In this document: positions 1 to 14,470 of the stretch, in pieces
How positions within the stretch are numbered: position 1 is the stretch's first letter
Layout of the letters: the number at the start of each line of letters is the position of its first letter
Assembly: GCA_023231475.1 (NCBI GenBank)
Contig: JALJEE010002462.1
Span: 1 to 34,825, forward strand
Length of the DNA: 34,825 bases
Source: Seison nebaliae
Lineage: Eukaryota
Direction: 5' to 3'
Notes under the pieces: model-generated
The model's input: only the letters and a program-made list of their open reading frames with translations
What the model was told of the DNA's origin: nothing
Database searches by the model: none
Program-made: the position numbers and the translations under genes

Positions 1-194
1 GACGAATAGTTGATGTCTTGAAAAATAAAGGTTCAGTTTGTTGCTAAAAAGATGTTTTTTCCATAAATTTCTAAAGATATGACACGCTTATTTAAAATTT
101 ATTCATTATACATGTATTTCGATAGGTTCTAAAGTTTTGAAGCCCAGTTTATTTATTTCCATAAAAATGAAAAAATTTACAAAAATATTTTTAT

Positions 195-465
195 AAATGG
201 GTGACGAATTTACCGAAATAGAACCAAATGGGTGACGAATTGACCGAAATAGAACTAAATGGGTGACGAATTCACTGAAATACGACTAAATGGGTGACAA
301 ATTCAACGTTTAGCAAAAAATACGCAAAATTTAACGTTAAATTTTTTTCTTGGGTGATGAAATCACCGAAATACTCTAAAAGGGGTGACGAAATCACCAT
401 TTTATGGGTGACGAAACCACCGACTTTCGCTTAAAAATTATAGGATGACGAAATCACAGGGAATC
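195..465. repeat. Subterminal tandem-repeat array and probable terminus of a DNA transposon (core GGGTGACGAA)
   Basis: Core copies at about 199, 230, 261 and 292 (31-nt period, unit AAATGGGTGACGAATTnACCGAAATAGAACy), then at 352, 383, 406 and 443. The array ends in GACGAAATCACAGGGAATC. Its reverse complement resembles the array at 34630-34825. Confidence 0.7.
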
Positions 466-1515
466 GATTAATCCCTCTTATTGAATTCGAAAATTGTTTA
501 AAGAATTCCAGTTGGGTATTTATAACTATTCTTATTATTATCTATTATTATTATTATTCGGTATTCCTTATTATAAAACTTTATCCAGCAATAACATGAT
601 AGTGTATTTAACTTGAAGATTTTTAGAACGTTTTTTAGATTTTGGCATACAAATATGAAAATACAAATAATAGTGCCATTGTGATAATAATAACGATAAT
701 AGTGAAGGTAACAGCATATTTTCGAGTATCAAAAATTCATGAAATAGAATATAAATCAAACATATAAGATTATTTTTCAATTCGATTCGTTTATTAATAA
801 CAAAGTGTTGCAAGTAAAAAGACTGATTAACTATTCTTAGCGGTTTAAAAACTTAAATCAGAAATTTTTGATAAATTCTAAAAATATTTTTTATGAATTT
901 CATTGTTTACTAACAACAATTAGAAAGTAAGAATTAAGGTATCACTTGAGCAGAATAGAATTTTGAAAATTTTGTGAGAAAGAATGGAAAAAAATAATTA
1001 TTAATTTTTTTTTCATGGAGCAATAAGTAGAATTTGCGTGTGATTGAAGAATACTTATATAAATTCTTTCGTATTTAAATGAGTAATAAGGAAAGAATAA
1101 TAAAAAAGAATTTATAAAAAAATGAATGAAAATTAAAACAAGACTAATTTTTTGAACCATTAAAACTCTAATGGAGTAAGGTAAAAGTGAAAAGAATAAA
1201 CAAAAGAAAATCAATTTATTTGTTAATAAAGAAAAGTTTATTGTGTATTTTGGAAAATGGAGAGAATGATTTTCAAATACGATTGTTGGGTTTCTGAGGA
1301 GGAATGAAATACTTTTTGTGAGAATCGTTGACACTACACTTATTGTAAATTATTCTAACAAAAATTTGATGAAAAATCTTTTTATTTAAACAGAATTTTA
1401 TTTATCAGAAAATTTTTTTGTTCTCGTTATTTTTTTCGAATTGATTTTTTAAGACGTAGTTGGCAGAAAAATCGTTTTTAAATTTTTTTTATCATAATTT
1501 ATTGTGGGAGATCGG

Positions 1516-2744
1516 ATGGATGAATATAATCCATTTAGTGATCCGTTTGCGGTTAATAAAATTTCTTCTTTTTTCAATTTCCTATTCATTTTTAGGATTC
1601 AGCACTTAATAACATAAAAACCATTTCAGGTGCGCCAACAATTCCGGTGGAGCCGACAATTGGCACATCAATAAATTCATATCAACCGCCAATAAATACA
1701 TCGACGAATGCGACTGGACAACAACCTCCACCACCACCTACTAATCAATTTAATGCACCAACAACAAATATTTCACCATTCTCAAATTATGGTACAGGAC
1801 AAGATCAGAAAACGACAACAAATGTACAAGAAACAGATTTGGAGAAGCGTGAGGCAGAAATTCAACGACGGGAAAGAGAATTAAATCAACGAAATTCTAA
1901 TCAAAATCCTTCAAAGAATTTTCCACCACTTCCATCGTTCATCCCATGTGGACCTTGTTTCCGTCAGGATATCCAGGTGGATATCCCACCACCATTTCAG
2001 CAAATTGTCAAATATATGTTCTATTTATGGATAATATATGCGGTCGTTCTCTTATTGAATGTTTTCGGATGTCTGATGTTAATGATTGCTGAGAAGACGG
2101 GCAGTTCATCTGGTTCAACATTTGGATGGTCAATTCTTTATATCGTCTTCATTCCATTATCATATGTTTGCTGGTTTCAACCAGTATATCAAGCATTCAA
2201 GTTTTCATCTTCATCATTAATAGAATTACAATTAATTTGTTTTGTAGGAAAAATAGCTCATTCAATTTTATGCTTTTCTTCTTCGTTTTCTTCATTCAAT
2301 TCCTTTCAACTGTCATACAAGCACTTGGTCTGCCCGGATGGGGAACGAGGTTTATTCTTAACATATTTCATTTCATATTAACAATTTAATTTTAGTGGAT
2401 TCATTACAGCATTATCCGCTTTCAAAGCGAATGGAGCATTCGGCAAATTTGTTGGAATTTATATGATAATTTTATCGATCGTTTTCGTCGTCTTAGCGAT
2501 AGGCGATTTCCTCATGTTAGTGAAAGTTAGTGAGAAGTTTTATAAGAAAGATATTTCAATTTATAAAACTTGTTTATTTGATTAGATACATAGAATTTAT
2601 CGAAATACTGATGCAAGTATGGCTAAAGCTCAACAGGAATTTGCATCTGGTCTTTGGAAGAATCCTGCTACTACCAGAGTTGCAGGACAAGTTATTTCGA
2701 ATGAAATACGAAATACAACTGGTGGTGGTCCTTCACCATATTAA
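1516..2744 (+). CDS. SCAMP: Secretory carrier-associated membrane protein (SCAMP), about 343 aa; exons 1516-1551, 1596-2200, 2248-2349, 2396-2525, 2586-2744
   Basis: N-terminal MDEYNPFSDPFAD (NPF motif), coiled coil LEKREAEIQRRERELN, KNFPPLPSFIPCGPCFRQDI, E-peptide [37 protein letters not shown] and IHRIYRNTDASMAKAQQEFASG. Four GT-AG introns (44, 47, 46, 60 nt) restore one continuous 1032-nt frame. Confidence 0.95.
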
Positions 2745-3639
2745 GATAACATGAACAGATTCGTCCATAAGTCGAAATGATGGTTGGAGAAGATTTGGAT
2801 ATCACGGAAAAAAATCTTCTTTTGTTTAGCAATAATAATAGTAAGATGTCTATATTGTGATTCCGTCAACAAATGTTGTTTCCATCAAAGTAATTTATTC
2901 TATTTATTTGTTCCACTTCATTTTATCGTTGACTTTTCTTTCTTTCTCTTCAATTACTTTTTTTTATAAACATAAAGTTTTGTGTCGTTCCAAAAATTTC
3001 CTATATATATTTCTATTATTTTCCTGAACATTTCTATTATTCTGATTTTGCATAATCTTTCATCAAACTTATTAGTTCGTTATATATGATGGAAAATAAT
3101 TAATAAGAATTAATTTGGAGAATAATATAATATTATTCGATTATCGAGTAACATAATGAAATTGAATAGAATTTCGTTTGAAGTACACATGTAATAATTG
3201 AATGGAATTGACTTAACATGAGAAGAAATGAGATTAATGTAATATGATAAGAGAAGATAAGATAAAATATATTCGATAAAAGAGAAAGAAAAGAGAATAA
3301 TACAGATAAATGTTTTAATGACGAACGAAATATGACAGATCGCTTATTATCTCGATTCAAACTCTGGAAATGAATGTTTTAAGGGAGAAGATGATGGATT
3401 TGCCGGATGAATTGAGAAGAAAAGAATAATCGACGAAATCAAAATTAGATCTGATTCAAAAAATTAAAATTTGTAAATTGAAAGAAAACTATGCAAATGA
3501 TATCGGTTGTTGTTGTTGTTGTTGTTGGGGAGCATAATCTGTTAAAATGAAGATGATACACCGGTGTCATCAAGAATTATATAATTCCCTCGTTGTCTGG
3601 ATTAGGATGAATGTGATGGAATAGAAAGAAAATCATTCA

Positions 3640-4717
3640 TCATAAACGGAACTGTGCCATTGGTCTCGATTGCGCTTCACGACAAGTTCCAGTAAACCGT
3701 TGAGATGATAAATGATTTTTCTGATCAGAATAATATTGGGAATAATTATCAATTCCTTTCCGATATGGCGAGTCTTTTGTAGATCTGTTGAACTTGTCCG
3801 AATATTTGGGAGAAGATTCTTCGTTATCTGTCAATTTCCTATTCTGTTCATTTATCATTTTATTCTCAGATTTTGAGATGTTTTTCCACGAACATTTATC
3901 ACTGTTATGGTTTTTGTTGTTTTCACTGTTTGACCGATTACTTTTGAGTATGTTAGAATCAAAAGTGAAAATTGATCGACATTCTAAATCGATTAAATCT
4001 CGACTTGATGGTGGTAGAAGAGATGAAGAAAGTCGTGCTGATTTCTCTCCAACGGAAGTGGTACGCGAAGGACGATTAATATAATCAGATCGACAATTTG
4101 ATTGATCATCGTTCGTATCGAAAAATGAATAATTTTGTTGATTTTGTCGTCGTGAATTGTTGGAGGAGGAAGTTGGAGAAAAAAATTTCTGATTATCAAA
4201 CAATGATGACGAATCAGAATAATTATTCATACTCATCAATTCATCAGATGATTCATCCTGATTATTATTCGATTGATTCGACATTAAATTATTAAAGAAA
4301 TAATTTGAATTGTTATTATTGTTATTGGAAACAAGAAATTTATCATCTGCTAAAAGATGATTATTCTCATTACCATCCATATAATTATTGGAATCATTAC
4401 GGAATTCATATATTTGACGTTGATTCTCACAAAACGTATGTGCTCGTCGTCGATTATTTAAGAGAGACGCTCGTCTAGCTTGATGTAATGCATCGACATC
4501 TGATTCTAACGAATCGTTCATATTTAATGATGACGTCATATTCATTCCATTAGTTGTTGTTGTAGTTTCAGCTTGTATAACTGGTGCCGCCGTTGACATC
4601 ATCGATATATCATTGGTTACAAGGGACGAATAATCAGAAGCGAAATATTTATCATTCGATGCCATACCATCGACCATCGGATCCACCATCGGATTATTAG
4701 GAGAAATTGAACATTGC

Positions 4718-4749
<32 letters not shown>

Positions 4750-5183
4750 TTGAAGAAGATGATGATTTGGCAAAGAATACGATGGTTGCTCATCAAACGA
4801 TGACGTTCGATTAGTGTAAGAATCGAAATCAGATTCTCGTTCTTGTTCTAATTTAATTCCATGAGGATAATGATTCGATGATGTGGTGGAAGAGGAGGAT
4901 GAGTGTGAAGCTGAATAATTCATTGTTGAGTAATTTGTGGGAGTAAAGTTGAAAGATTTTTGAGGATTTTTATGAATAAATGACGAATCCATTTCATCAT
5001 GTTCAACAGTCGATCCATAACGAGATGGGTTGAGGAAATTTCCTGGATTTTCCATCGAATTATTGTTCTTTTTATTCTTGTCAAAAGAATATTTCATTAT
5101 TCGAGGCGATGTTGCCATTAACATACTTTCATTATTCATCGATTTTATATGATCAATTTGATCATTCTCATCATGATGATTCA

Positions 5184-5228
<45 letters not shown>

Positions 5229-6262
5229 GGATGTTATTATGAGATGAATCATTGGATAATTTACGTTTATGTGTACCTGAAGGTGAATTATGATTATCAA
5301 TTTTTGGTGGATTCATTTTCCTTTTGTTATTCGGTTTATTTTCATTCATTATATCATTCACACTATTACCATTACCACCAATCTCATCTTTCACAATCCA
5401 CCAACTACTTTTTCCCGCTCCATTATTCTGTAAACGAGAGAACTTCGAATGAAGTGAGAGATTATGTCGAATTGAATTCTTCCATCCCGCACTTTCAACT
5501 TTCTCCTTCTTATCATGAAAATATGGAACATATGCTATCATCCAATCATAAATCTGTGATAATGTCAATCGTTTATGTTTACTGGTTTGAATAGCATATG
5601 ATATTAATTCGGCATATGATAGATTCCCCCAAGCATTTTTCCTCGCTCCATTCTTCTTATTGAGACACAATTCTTCTTTAATCTTTTCAGCTAATTTTGG
5701 ATCGTAAGTACCGTCACCAAATTCGTGATGTTGAGATGAAGTTGAAGAAGACGATATTATTGAATTACGATTATGCTTCGTCAATTTGACTTCACTATTA
5801 TCTTCATTGGTATTATTGTCGTCAATGGATAACGACTGAGAATGGACAGAAGAACGTGCAGGTATATTTGGTTTCTTCAATAAATTATTTTCACTTCTCA
5901 TCATTGGATTGATGGTATATTTCCTATTATGTTTCTCCTCACTTCTTTCTACGCTATGATCACCATTGATATTGTTATTATTGTTATTGTGAAAACGATT
6001 ATAAATTTGTTTTTGAGTGAGAACATTCGCAGAGATGTCACCCGGTTTACTGATGGAGAGTGGAGTCTTCTGAAACAAATATTCTGGTCGAGATAGTGAA
6101 TTGAGTGTACGTTGATGATTCATCAACATTTCTGCAGCATAGAAATTGTGAATTGGTGGAGTGTCATACATCACATGAGAAGAGAAACGTAATGGATGTT
6201 GTAATTGTGAAGTAAAACTATGAGATTTCTCTTGAGGGAAATTTTGTTGTTGTTGTTGTTGC

Positions 6263-6296
<34 letters not shown>

Positions 6297-7908
6297 GAAT
6301 TGAAAATGCAATTTTACTCATTGGATGAGTATATTGCGTCGATTGTTGTTGTTGTTGTTGTTGTTGTTGTTCAGATATTGTTATACGTTTATGATTTGTA
6401 GAAGTTTTATACGAATTCAAATTATTATTAGTTGATGGAGTTGATAAGATTTTCATCATTTCCTTATCCTCCATACTCTTCTGGTTATTCCCATTTTTCA
6501 TCGTTATATTATTAGATCGAGAATCATTGTGAGATGGAGGAAACTTGTCCCTTAATTGAATGTGAGAAATATTCATTTTTTTCGATGTATTATCCGTCTG
6601 ATGAGCATTATTCGTTGGTGAGATTTGTTCAGACACGTTCGATTTACTACTGACTAATCGATTCATCTCATCCGTTTTAACATCACTACCAGAAGAAGCA
6701 ACATGATTAATAGGAAATGAATTTATGGAAGAATTATTTGAAATTAAATTCCTCGTATCATTTCGATTTAGAGCTATCGGTTTTGATGTTTGATTATTCT
6801 GATGCGTATTCTCATTCTGATTGTTATTAATGATGTGAGTAAATAATTGATCAGATTTCATTATTATTTCATTATATTTCATTTGTGACAGATTATTCTG
6901 ATTCTGATTACTGAAATTATTTGACTTCATATCATCTAATTTATTACTATTATTATTTATATTATTACTATTATTATTATTATTAATCCTAATTCCATTT
7001 TTATCATTATTATTATTATTATTGATATTAGTGGAAGAAGTATTATTTCTTGGAGGATTATTCTCATGAGAAAATTTATTATCATTCTCATTATTAGTAT
7101 CATCACTCTTATTAATAGGTCCTCTATTATTGTTGTTGTTATTTGGATGAATTGAATTAGGTTGATACATGTTATCAGGTTGAAATGTAAAATTGCCAGA
7201 GATGAATGATTCGGAAAATAAATTTTCTGTACTTCTACTTTTCCTTCTTCCTTTATAGAAATTCTTCGGATAATCAACTGGCAACTCTATTTCATTATTA
7301 TCAAGATTGCCAAAAAAATCATTAGTGTTATTATTATTCGTCATGATATTCAATTCTAATGGTGATGATGAAGTAGCAGTAGTAAATTCAGAAACGAAAG
7401 AAGTATCTTCATCTTTTGATGACTGATTATCATCATCATCACCGATAGATCGAATTCGATTGAACAATCCTCGATTATTATTATCATTCTCCGTCAACTG
7501 CTCCAGTTGTTGTGGTTGCTGTTGTTGTTGTTGTTGATCAGTCGGATTTTGTAGATTTTGATAGAAATTTTGATATGTTGAAGTTTGTCTTTGATTATTT
7601 TGAATATTACCATTATTCAAAAAATAATTGTTGTTATTATTATTTGTTGACAGGTTATCCATACTCGCAAACATCAGATTTTGTGATGGACGTTGACACA
7701 TTTGAACAGGTTGTTGCTGCAGGAACTGATGATGATTTTCTTGTTGTTGTTGTAGTGCCACTCCATTTGTAGACGACATATTTGATTGATCTAAATTAGT
7801 TGGAGGCGAAGTGAGTGTTTCTACACTATTACGAAGTTCGTTGGCGATGATACGAATGACGGATCCTCGCTTTCGTACTGGAAAAGGATTTGTCGGTAAC
7901 TCCGACAT
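3640..7908 (-). CDS. FoxO: Forkhead box O transcription factor, 1422 aa, apparently single exon, N/Q-rich
   Basis: FoxO-specific forkhead domain [18 protein letters not shown]...[18 protein letters not shown]...[32 protein letters not shown] at about 5395-5645. Downstream Akt-type motif RRRAHT and a C-terminal DLIDLEC segment reminiscent of the FoxO CR3 activation domain. The 4.27-kb ORF is uninterrupted. Confidence 0.93.
5179..5227 (-). repeat. (AAT)n microsatellite encoding poly-Asn in FoxO
   Basis: Run of ATT/TTA triplets on the + strand, translated as a poly-N tract in the FoxO ORF. Confidence 0.9.
6244..6297 (-). repeat. (CAA)n microsatellite encoding poly-Gln in FoxO
   Basis: Run of TTG triplets on the + strand, translated as the longest poly-Q tract. 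Similar tracts lie at about 4714-4747, 6343-6370 and 7505-7536. Confidence 0.9.
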
Positions 7909-10900
7909 GATTTCATCGAACTTTCATCAGATTTAATAAATTCAATTATCTCTCTCCTTCCCCCAACGAACACTGATAGCTCTCTTTATGAACGTATTTC
8001 GTATAAATCACTTCGATTTTCTTAATCGTCCGTCGTCGCGTAGTCGATTTTCTGTGGGGATTAAATGTTTCTTTTAGACTCTATCAATTTCACGTCACAC
8101 ACAGAGAAAAGAAAAAGAAGAGGAATTTTAGAACGATCATTTACAAATATCATCCTCTCAGTTGAAAGAGAGAGAATTCTGATGTTAGAACGATTAGAAA
8201 GTGAGGATGTGGCCTATATTAAAATTTATTGAAGAATATGATAAATTTACATCGAATATTTCATTTTCTAACAGAATTCTTCAGAAACATATAATTAAAT
8301 TGTTCGACGATTAAAATAATGAACTTTAATGAATAGTTCAATTAATCTGAAGAATTTCACATACAAATTTCATAAAGAAATTGAGAAATTCTTTTTTGGG
8401 AAAAAAGAAGAGAGTTCTTTTACTTAAGACTCCATCGTTTACGATAAGAAAGTAATTGGAATGTATTAAAAATCCTAATCGGTTTCCTATGTCGCACACA
8501 CGATCCCCCGACACACATACACACACAGAGAAATATATATAGTCTACCCAACAGAAGACATTCACGTGATGAACTAGAAGAGAACAAGTAAATGGAGTCA
8601 GGAATGCGGCAGAAATATTGAACAAATGAAGAGATTTCTAATAAGGGCTAACGGTCTGTCAAAGATTCGGTCAACTAAAAGAAAATTGATAGATTTTTTC
8701 ATGAAAAATGTTTCAGGAATAAGAAGAGTGTTCTTTGGATGAAACACCCATTTGCCTTCATCCAGTGAGGGGGGAGGTAGAGGAGGTACACATATACCCA
8801 TGTAAGAAGAATGTAGGAGAAGGAAAGTAAGGAAGGAAAGCTGCAGAAGAAGAAGAGTTTCCTACATTTCAAGGGCACGCAAATTATATTAAAGCCTCTC
8901 TGATTATTCATATAGAGATATCTTAGTCTCTATTTTATTCGTTTTGGCATGTTTGATCTCTTTCCGTTCAAACGATTTCTTTTTCAAAATTAATTCTCCT
9001 CCGATTTATCATTACTATGGCGTAAGACGTTCTTTTCTGGTTGGTGTGGAGGCAATCAACTCAACACATACAGGCACACCTTGTGAAGAATAAAAAGTTT
9101 CCTATCTGTCATTAATTCTTTCCATTTCCTCTCATTATCATCATCGTCGTCGTTGTTGTCATCTCTCTCCTAAACTTTCCTTCACATAATCATTATGGTG
9201 ATTTTACACAAAGCCTACATAATTTCTTTATATATATGCAATTAATATAATTTACTGTGTTAGATACTGTATGTGATTATCATTTTTATGACTTATTAAA
9301 TTTGAGGGAAATTCCTTAATTATTGGCCATTTGCTACATTTCTTATTGGACTAACTTCAACGTCATCGTCCACGTTATACTTGTATATTCAACATTACAT
9401 AATTTCACAAGAATCATTGAGGAAAACCTTTACCTATCTCAATACACTCATCAAACTACCCTGGACACTTGACCTCCATTTGCATTTCCTAACTGGTCAG
9501 TTTCCTTTTCACTTCTGCCATCACCTCTCATTACATTTATCTAATTCTCACATTACATCTTCACTTAAAATAAACAACTCAACGACATTAATAAAATTCT
9601 TTTATTTGAAATGTTTTCCGGTTTTTGTCCATCTCTTGTTGTTTCTCAATAAAACCTCTAATTCCTTCGAATTGACATATGATAAGTCGCTTTATCAATT
9701 TGGCACAAGGGTTTCTGGATTAATTTTCAAGTTGTTTCTGGAAAAACCAACAAACTGGAAGAAATGTTGGTAATAAAAAGAATTTGCGCACAAACTTGTT
9801 GCATTCGAATATAGTTCTTCAAAGTTGACTTTAGTGAAATATAAATTATAATATCTCCTTTCCTCCCATATACATGACGTAACAGAAGCGAACGATACAT
9901 CCGTTTTCTTTGTCCGTCTGTCATTGATTATTCTTAAACTGATTATTCCATCTATGTTTATCCATTGGTAACATAATCGAAATACGCCATTCGAATGGTG
10001 AAGGTGAACCAACATATAATTATTCAAATCAAAAATTGCGAAATATCTTTATTTTATAACAACCCTAACTATTTGTCATCAACTAAATTCTCCGTTTTCA
10101 TTTCCTTCATACGATGTATCAGTTGTAAGGAATATGACATCAAGCTTCACTTTATAGGAGTTCCATTTTCGACTGTTATCGACAAAATTTCATAATCAAA
10201 AGTGGACATATGTCAATTTTGGTGCATCGAAATTCGTCCTATTTAAGTCTCTTAAAAATTTCCATAATAATTCGTCATATTTTCATTAATCAGTTCATTT
10301 GACGCAGTACGTAGCATGATATTTGTTCGCCCGTCATTAGTTACATCATGGAACAAGGTAACGTTTTTTAAACTTCGCTATTTCACTAATATTCGCTATT
10401 TAATAATATTAAAAAAAAACCTTCGTTGAAAAACCTTTTAAAATAACATAAAGAAAACAAGAATTACGAACTAAAGAATAAAGTTTCATATAAGAAACTG
10501 TATAATGGTATAATGTATGATGGTCAATGTAATTTACCGGTTTTATTCTATAAATAATAACAATTCTTTCTCATACGTACTTCCAAGAGGATTCGTAATT
10601 TTTTTTTGTTGATTTCATAACCAAAAGTAATAGGATGATTAATGACTCAATGTTCCTTTGTCCAACTTACATAAATCATAAATTCTTCATATTTCAATGG
10701 GGTGTGTTGATGCATCTCTTTTTTGCGAGTACGATTGAACATTGCGTAATAGTGCTTTTTTCTTTCTTCTGGGAAGTAGTAGAGAATTGTAGTTTAACTA
10801 TGCTGATTAGTAGTAGGAGAAGGAACTACACTTCGAATTATATGGAAGCAACTTATGAGAGGCAAAACGCAAAATTATCAACGGTCCTTTGGATGGTATT

Positions 10901-13900
10901 TGATAAAATTTAGATCGAATTAGAAGGAGATGATTGAGCACATAATGTGCATTTGCAATATTATTTATCCTAATGAAAATGTTGGACAAATGCAAAATTT
11001 TGAATGGAACGATGAACAAAATTAATATATCTCCGAATTCTACACGTCGTGGTTCGTCCATTTTGATGTTTAATTAATTTCGGAAACCTTCTGATAATTA
11101 TCCATATTATTATAATTATATTCAATATATGTTATTGTCAACAATTTATTTGTTAAAATGTACGTAGTCAATTAAGGGTAGAACAATTTAAGTCAAAAAA
11201 TTCGTGGAAATTCTTAAAAAATTTCTCCGGAATCATCAAAAGTAAGAAGCATTAAACTGAAACATTTCACATAAAATTATTAAAGTAGGTAATGTCTTCA
11301 CAAATAAATATTTTCACATATCTATCCAGCACTGCCAACCAACAATTTGATGAATAATCCATGAAAAATAATTGCAGGTTGCACACGGAAACTCTGACCT
11401 GTTTCTCGCATTTCCTTCTACAGATTTGTCTCGAGCATTTGGAATAAACTCAATAACCTAAAAATGCCTTTTTACGTCTTTCGACGATAATGGAGCTTTC
11501 CTAAATATTGTGCATAAAATTCATCAATTTGTCATGTCTATTCGAAATAGCAGAATGTCATAATTTAACAAAATTACTTGTCCGACCCAATTATCGCCAA
11601 AATGAATTTTCAAATTGAATGACATATTAATCCAAATTTAAGTTAATTTGGTTGTTTTCGTGGAAAAAGATGTTTTCTTTGAGATTTCTTGGCGGATCAA
11701 TTACATCTGTTTCATCAAATAATGAATGAACCTAACTCACTTACATAACCTTCAAACAAAATTTTTAAATAGAAATTCCATTTGAAAAAAATGACTTGGG
11801 TTGACTAGACTTACTTCACTGTTAGTTAAGTGATCTTTTAAAGGAATTGAAATAGAATGATTGCTTTGGTCATTCTATCAGCGACGACTATCAAGCATTT
11901 GTTTATCAACCCTAATTCCTTAGAGTATTCTGTTTGACGAGGTAAATTTCTCCTTATATTGTCAACAAAAATTTTATAGAGAAATAATTAAAAAGTTCTA
12001 ATGATAAACAAAATTATTACAAAAATTATGGCCGCTTTAAATTTTACTGTCAAATATTAAAGATGATCTAAGTATTACTTACGTTTTCTAGGAATGATAC
12101 AAACTATAACATAATGGTAATCGATTATTTTACGTCTTATATTTCCTTGAACCATCTCAACTCATCGATTACTTAGAAGAATGGGAACATGTGCTACGAA
12201 CATGTTACGATGGTTACATAACGTCACTACCATAAACGAATTATTGATGATATAATGATGCAATAGCGTATGGTCAATAAATAAAATTTTCTATAATGCT
12301 TCCCACTTTCAAATTCCACTTGTCGCGGTGGAAAATAAAATAATTTCTACATTTCCTACCTTTCCTTACAATTTTTTGATTGTATGAAGATTTTTTCAAA
12401 ATTTTTCGAAAACAAAACGTTTCAAAAGTTTGCTAATGTTATGAATGGAATATAAGTTAATGTTGAATTCAATCTGAATTAATTATGTCTGTCTATCATT
12501 TAACTTAATGAACATGACAATACAATAGTTTTTTGTCTGGCATAGAGAAATCTTAATCACATTAAAAAATTTCTTAATTAAAAATCGTGCATTCTCAATA
12601 GAAATACCTTCTCATCCGGATTTGATATTAATCTTATAATTAGTTTTATCTTTTGTGATAAAATTCTTTTCTAAAATTTTGATATAAAATTGGGTTAATA
12701 AAAACAAATTTAATTATTTAAAAGACAAATAATAAAACAAAACATCAACTAATGAGAATGAATCGTTTATAAATTAGTTCGAAGAGGAATTGTAAAGGAC
12801 GATTATAATTTTAATATGAACCTAAATGATTATCTTTTCCCATTCTTATTCTAATGCAAAGTTTCAAACTATAAAAATTTGACCTTTAGAGTAGTAAATA
12901 AACAATTATTCTAATGATTTTATCCTAAAGTTCTTATACAAACCATTAAAATCAGTAAAAAATGATGTAGTATTATGAGGTGATTTAAAATTTTCATAAT
13001 CTTTATGGCTCTATCAATACAATTACTTTCTTTCAAATAACCATAATTATTTGTTTAGAAACACGTTGGAAATGGATAGGTAACGATTATATGGTGAAAA
13101 GGTCATGTGGAACAGTAATTACCCACGCCTTCTACCTTGGACCTGCATCGAAGAAATAATGCAGAACTGAAAATGAACATAAATGTAAACAAATTTTGTT
13201 TATTCTTTGAAAATGTCAAATTACTTTTAAGAAATTAAGACTGTAAAATCATTAGAATGGTCACAAATATTACATATCTAATTAAATGACGTCATGGGAA
13301 AAGTGAGAAGGATATGAAGTTGTTAGGAAGAGATATAATGAATATTGATTAATATACTTCAATTGCTTTATTTTACATTTAAAACTGATAGAAGAGATTC
13401 GACGAAAATTGATGTAGAGATACGATTATGATACAAAATAATCACAAACGAAGGTTAAAATGAATTAATGAAAATTACTACGTAGTATGCTCACTAATCT
13501 GCTGCAACACTCTAGTGTGTAATTACCACACAATTAAATTAAGAATAGAAGGCACATATTCATTGCAAATTATTTTTATAGGAATTTTACCCAATCTTAT
13601 GATTGGTTCCAATTTTTTGACTTTAAATTCTTCTTAATTCAACCATCTTCTTTATTGGAATATTTCTAATAACAATTTATAATTTGTTCAAATTTTATTT
13701 CATAAAAACATCATTATGACTTTATTTCATACAATATCTGCACATTTACTAGTTTCAATATATTATAACTGTCCTAGTTCTAATCATCATAACTAAACGG
13801 TGAATATCATTGAATAGAATCCCATGACAATGTTTTACTGTTCAATATTAAAAGTCGATAACTGTAACATACTGTAGGATAACAATCTTAACTGAACATT

Positions 13901-14470
13901 TCATATGAAAGAAAACTGTGTAGTGCAAAATATGCCAGACAGATCGGTACCATATTAAACGGAAAAATAACTGACTTTGAAGAAATAACTACATAGTCAT
14001 AGTTGATACATCGACACTCAATGTACATTCGTCTTACAAGTTCTCTTAAGAATTTCCTAACCAAGTTAAATTATTTTTTGACTTGAAAATTCGTTATGCT
14101 TATAGAAGTAGTGTATGGCTTAACAATAAATAATAGTTATAATATTACCAATGTAATGGATGGGGAAATTATTTTCTTCTCAATATTACGCAACGAGAAC
14201 ACTTCAAAAAATATGCATCAGTTTGTTGTATATGAGTAAAATAATGGATTTGCATCACAAATAAAATTTTGTTTACTTTACCTATAAGAATTGAGGGAGT
14301 CCGGAAAAATTAATATTCATCAAAACATATATTATAAATTTTTTACTTCTAAAATTTCAAACAAATTAATGATCAGATGGATTAAATATAGTTTTCATTT
14401 AATTGTTATTCTTTATTTATTTAAATTCAAATATGATATTCCTTCAAGACACGTTGAAAAGGACTGAAGT

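Noticed and set aside
195..465. Regularly spaced 31-nt repeats, and the arrays at 21675-21793 and 34630-34825, considered as CRISPR arrays
   Set aside because: They have no unique spacers, the units are degenerate tandem copies, there are no cas genes, and the context is an intron-containing animal genome.
571..1334. ORFs 571..813 and 942..1334, and similar F/I/L-rich short ORFs elsewhere (3133..3360, 8338..8911, 30957..31211, 31754..32114)
   Set aside because: Their composition simply mirrors AT-rich non-coding DNA, several use non-ATG starts, and no motifs were recognised.
3490..3650. Possible extra FoxO 3' exon ([16 protein letters not shown]) via GTT donors near the stop
   Set aside because: No homology support, and the donor/acceptor combinations tried with the nearest acceptor end quickly in stops. 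It is more simply a CAA repeat in the 3' UTR.
3788..7772. Antisense and alternative-frame ORFs inside FoxO (poly-Y, poly-V, poly-I)
   Set aside because: They are shadow frames of the AAT and CAA microsatellites.
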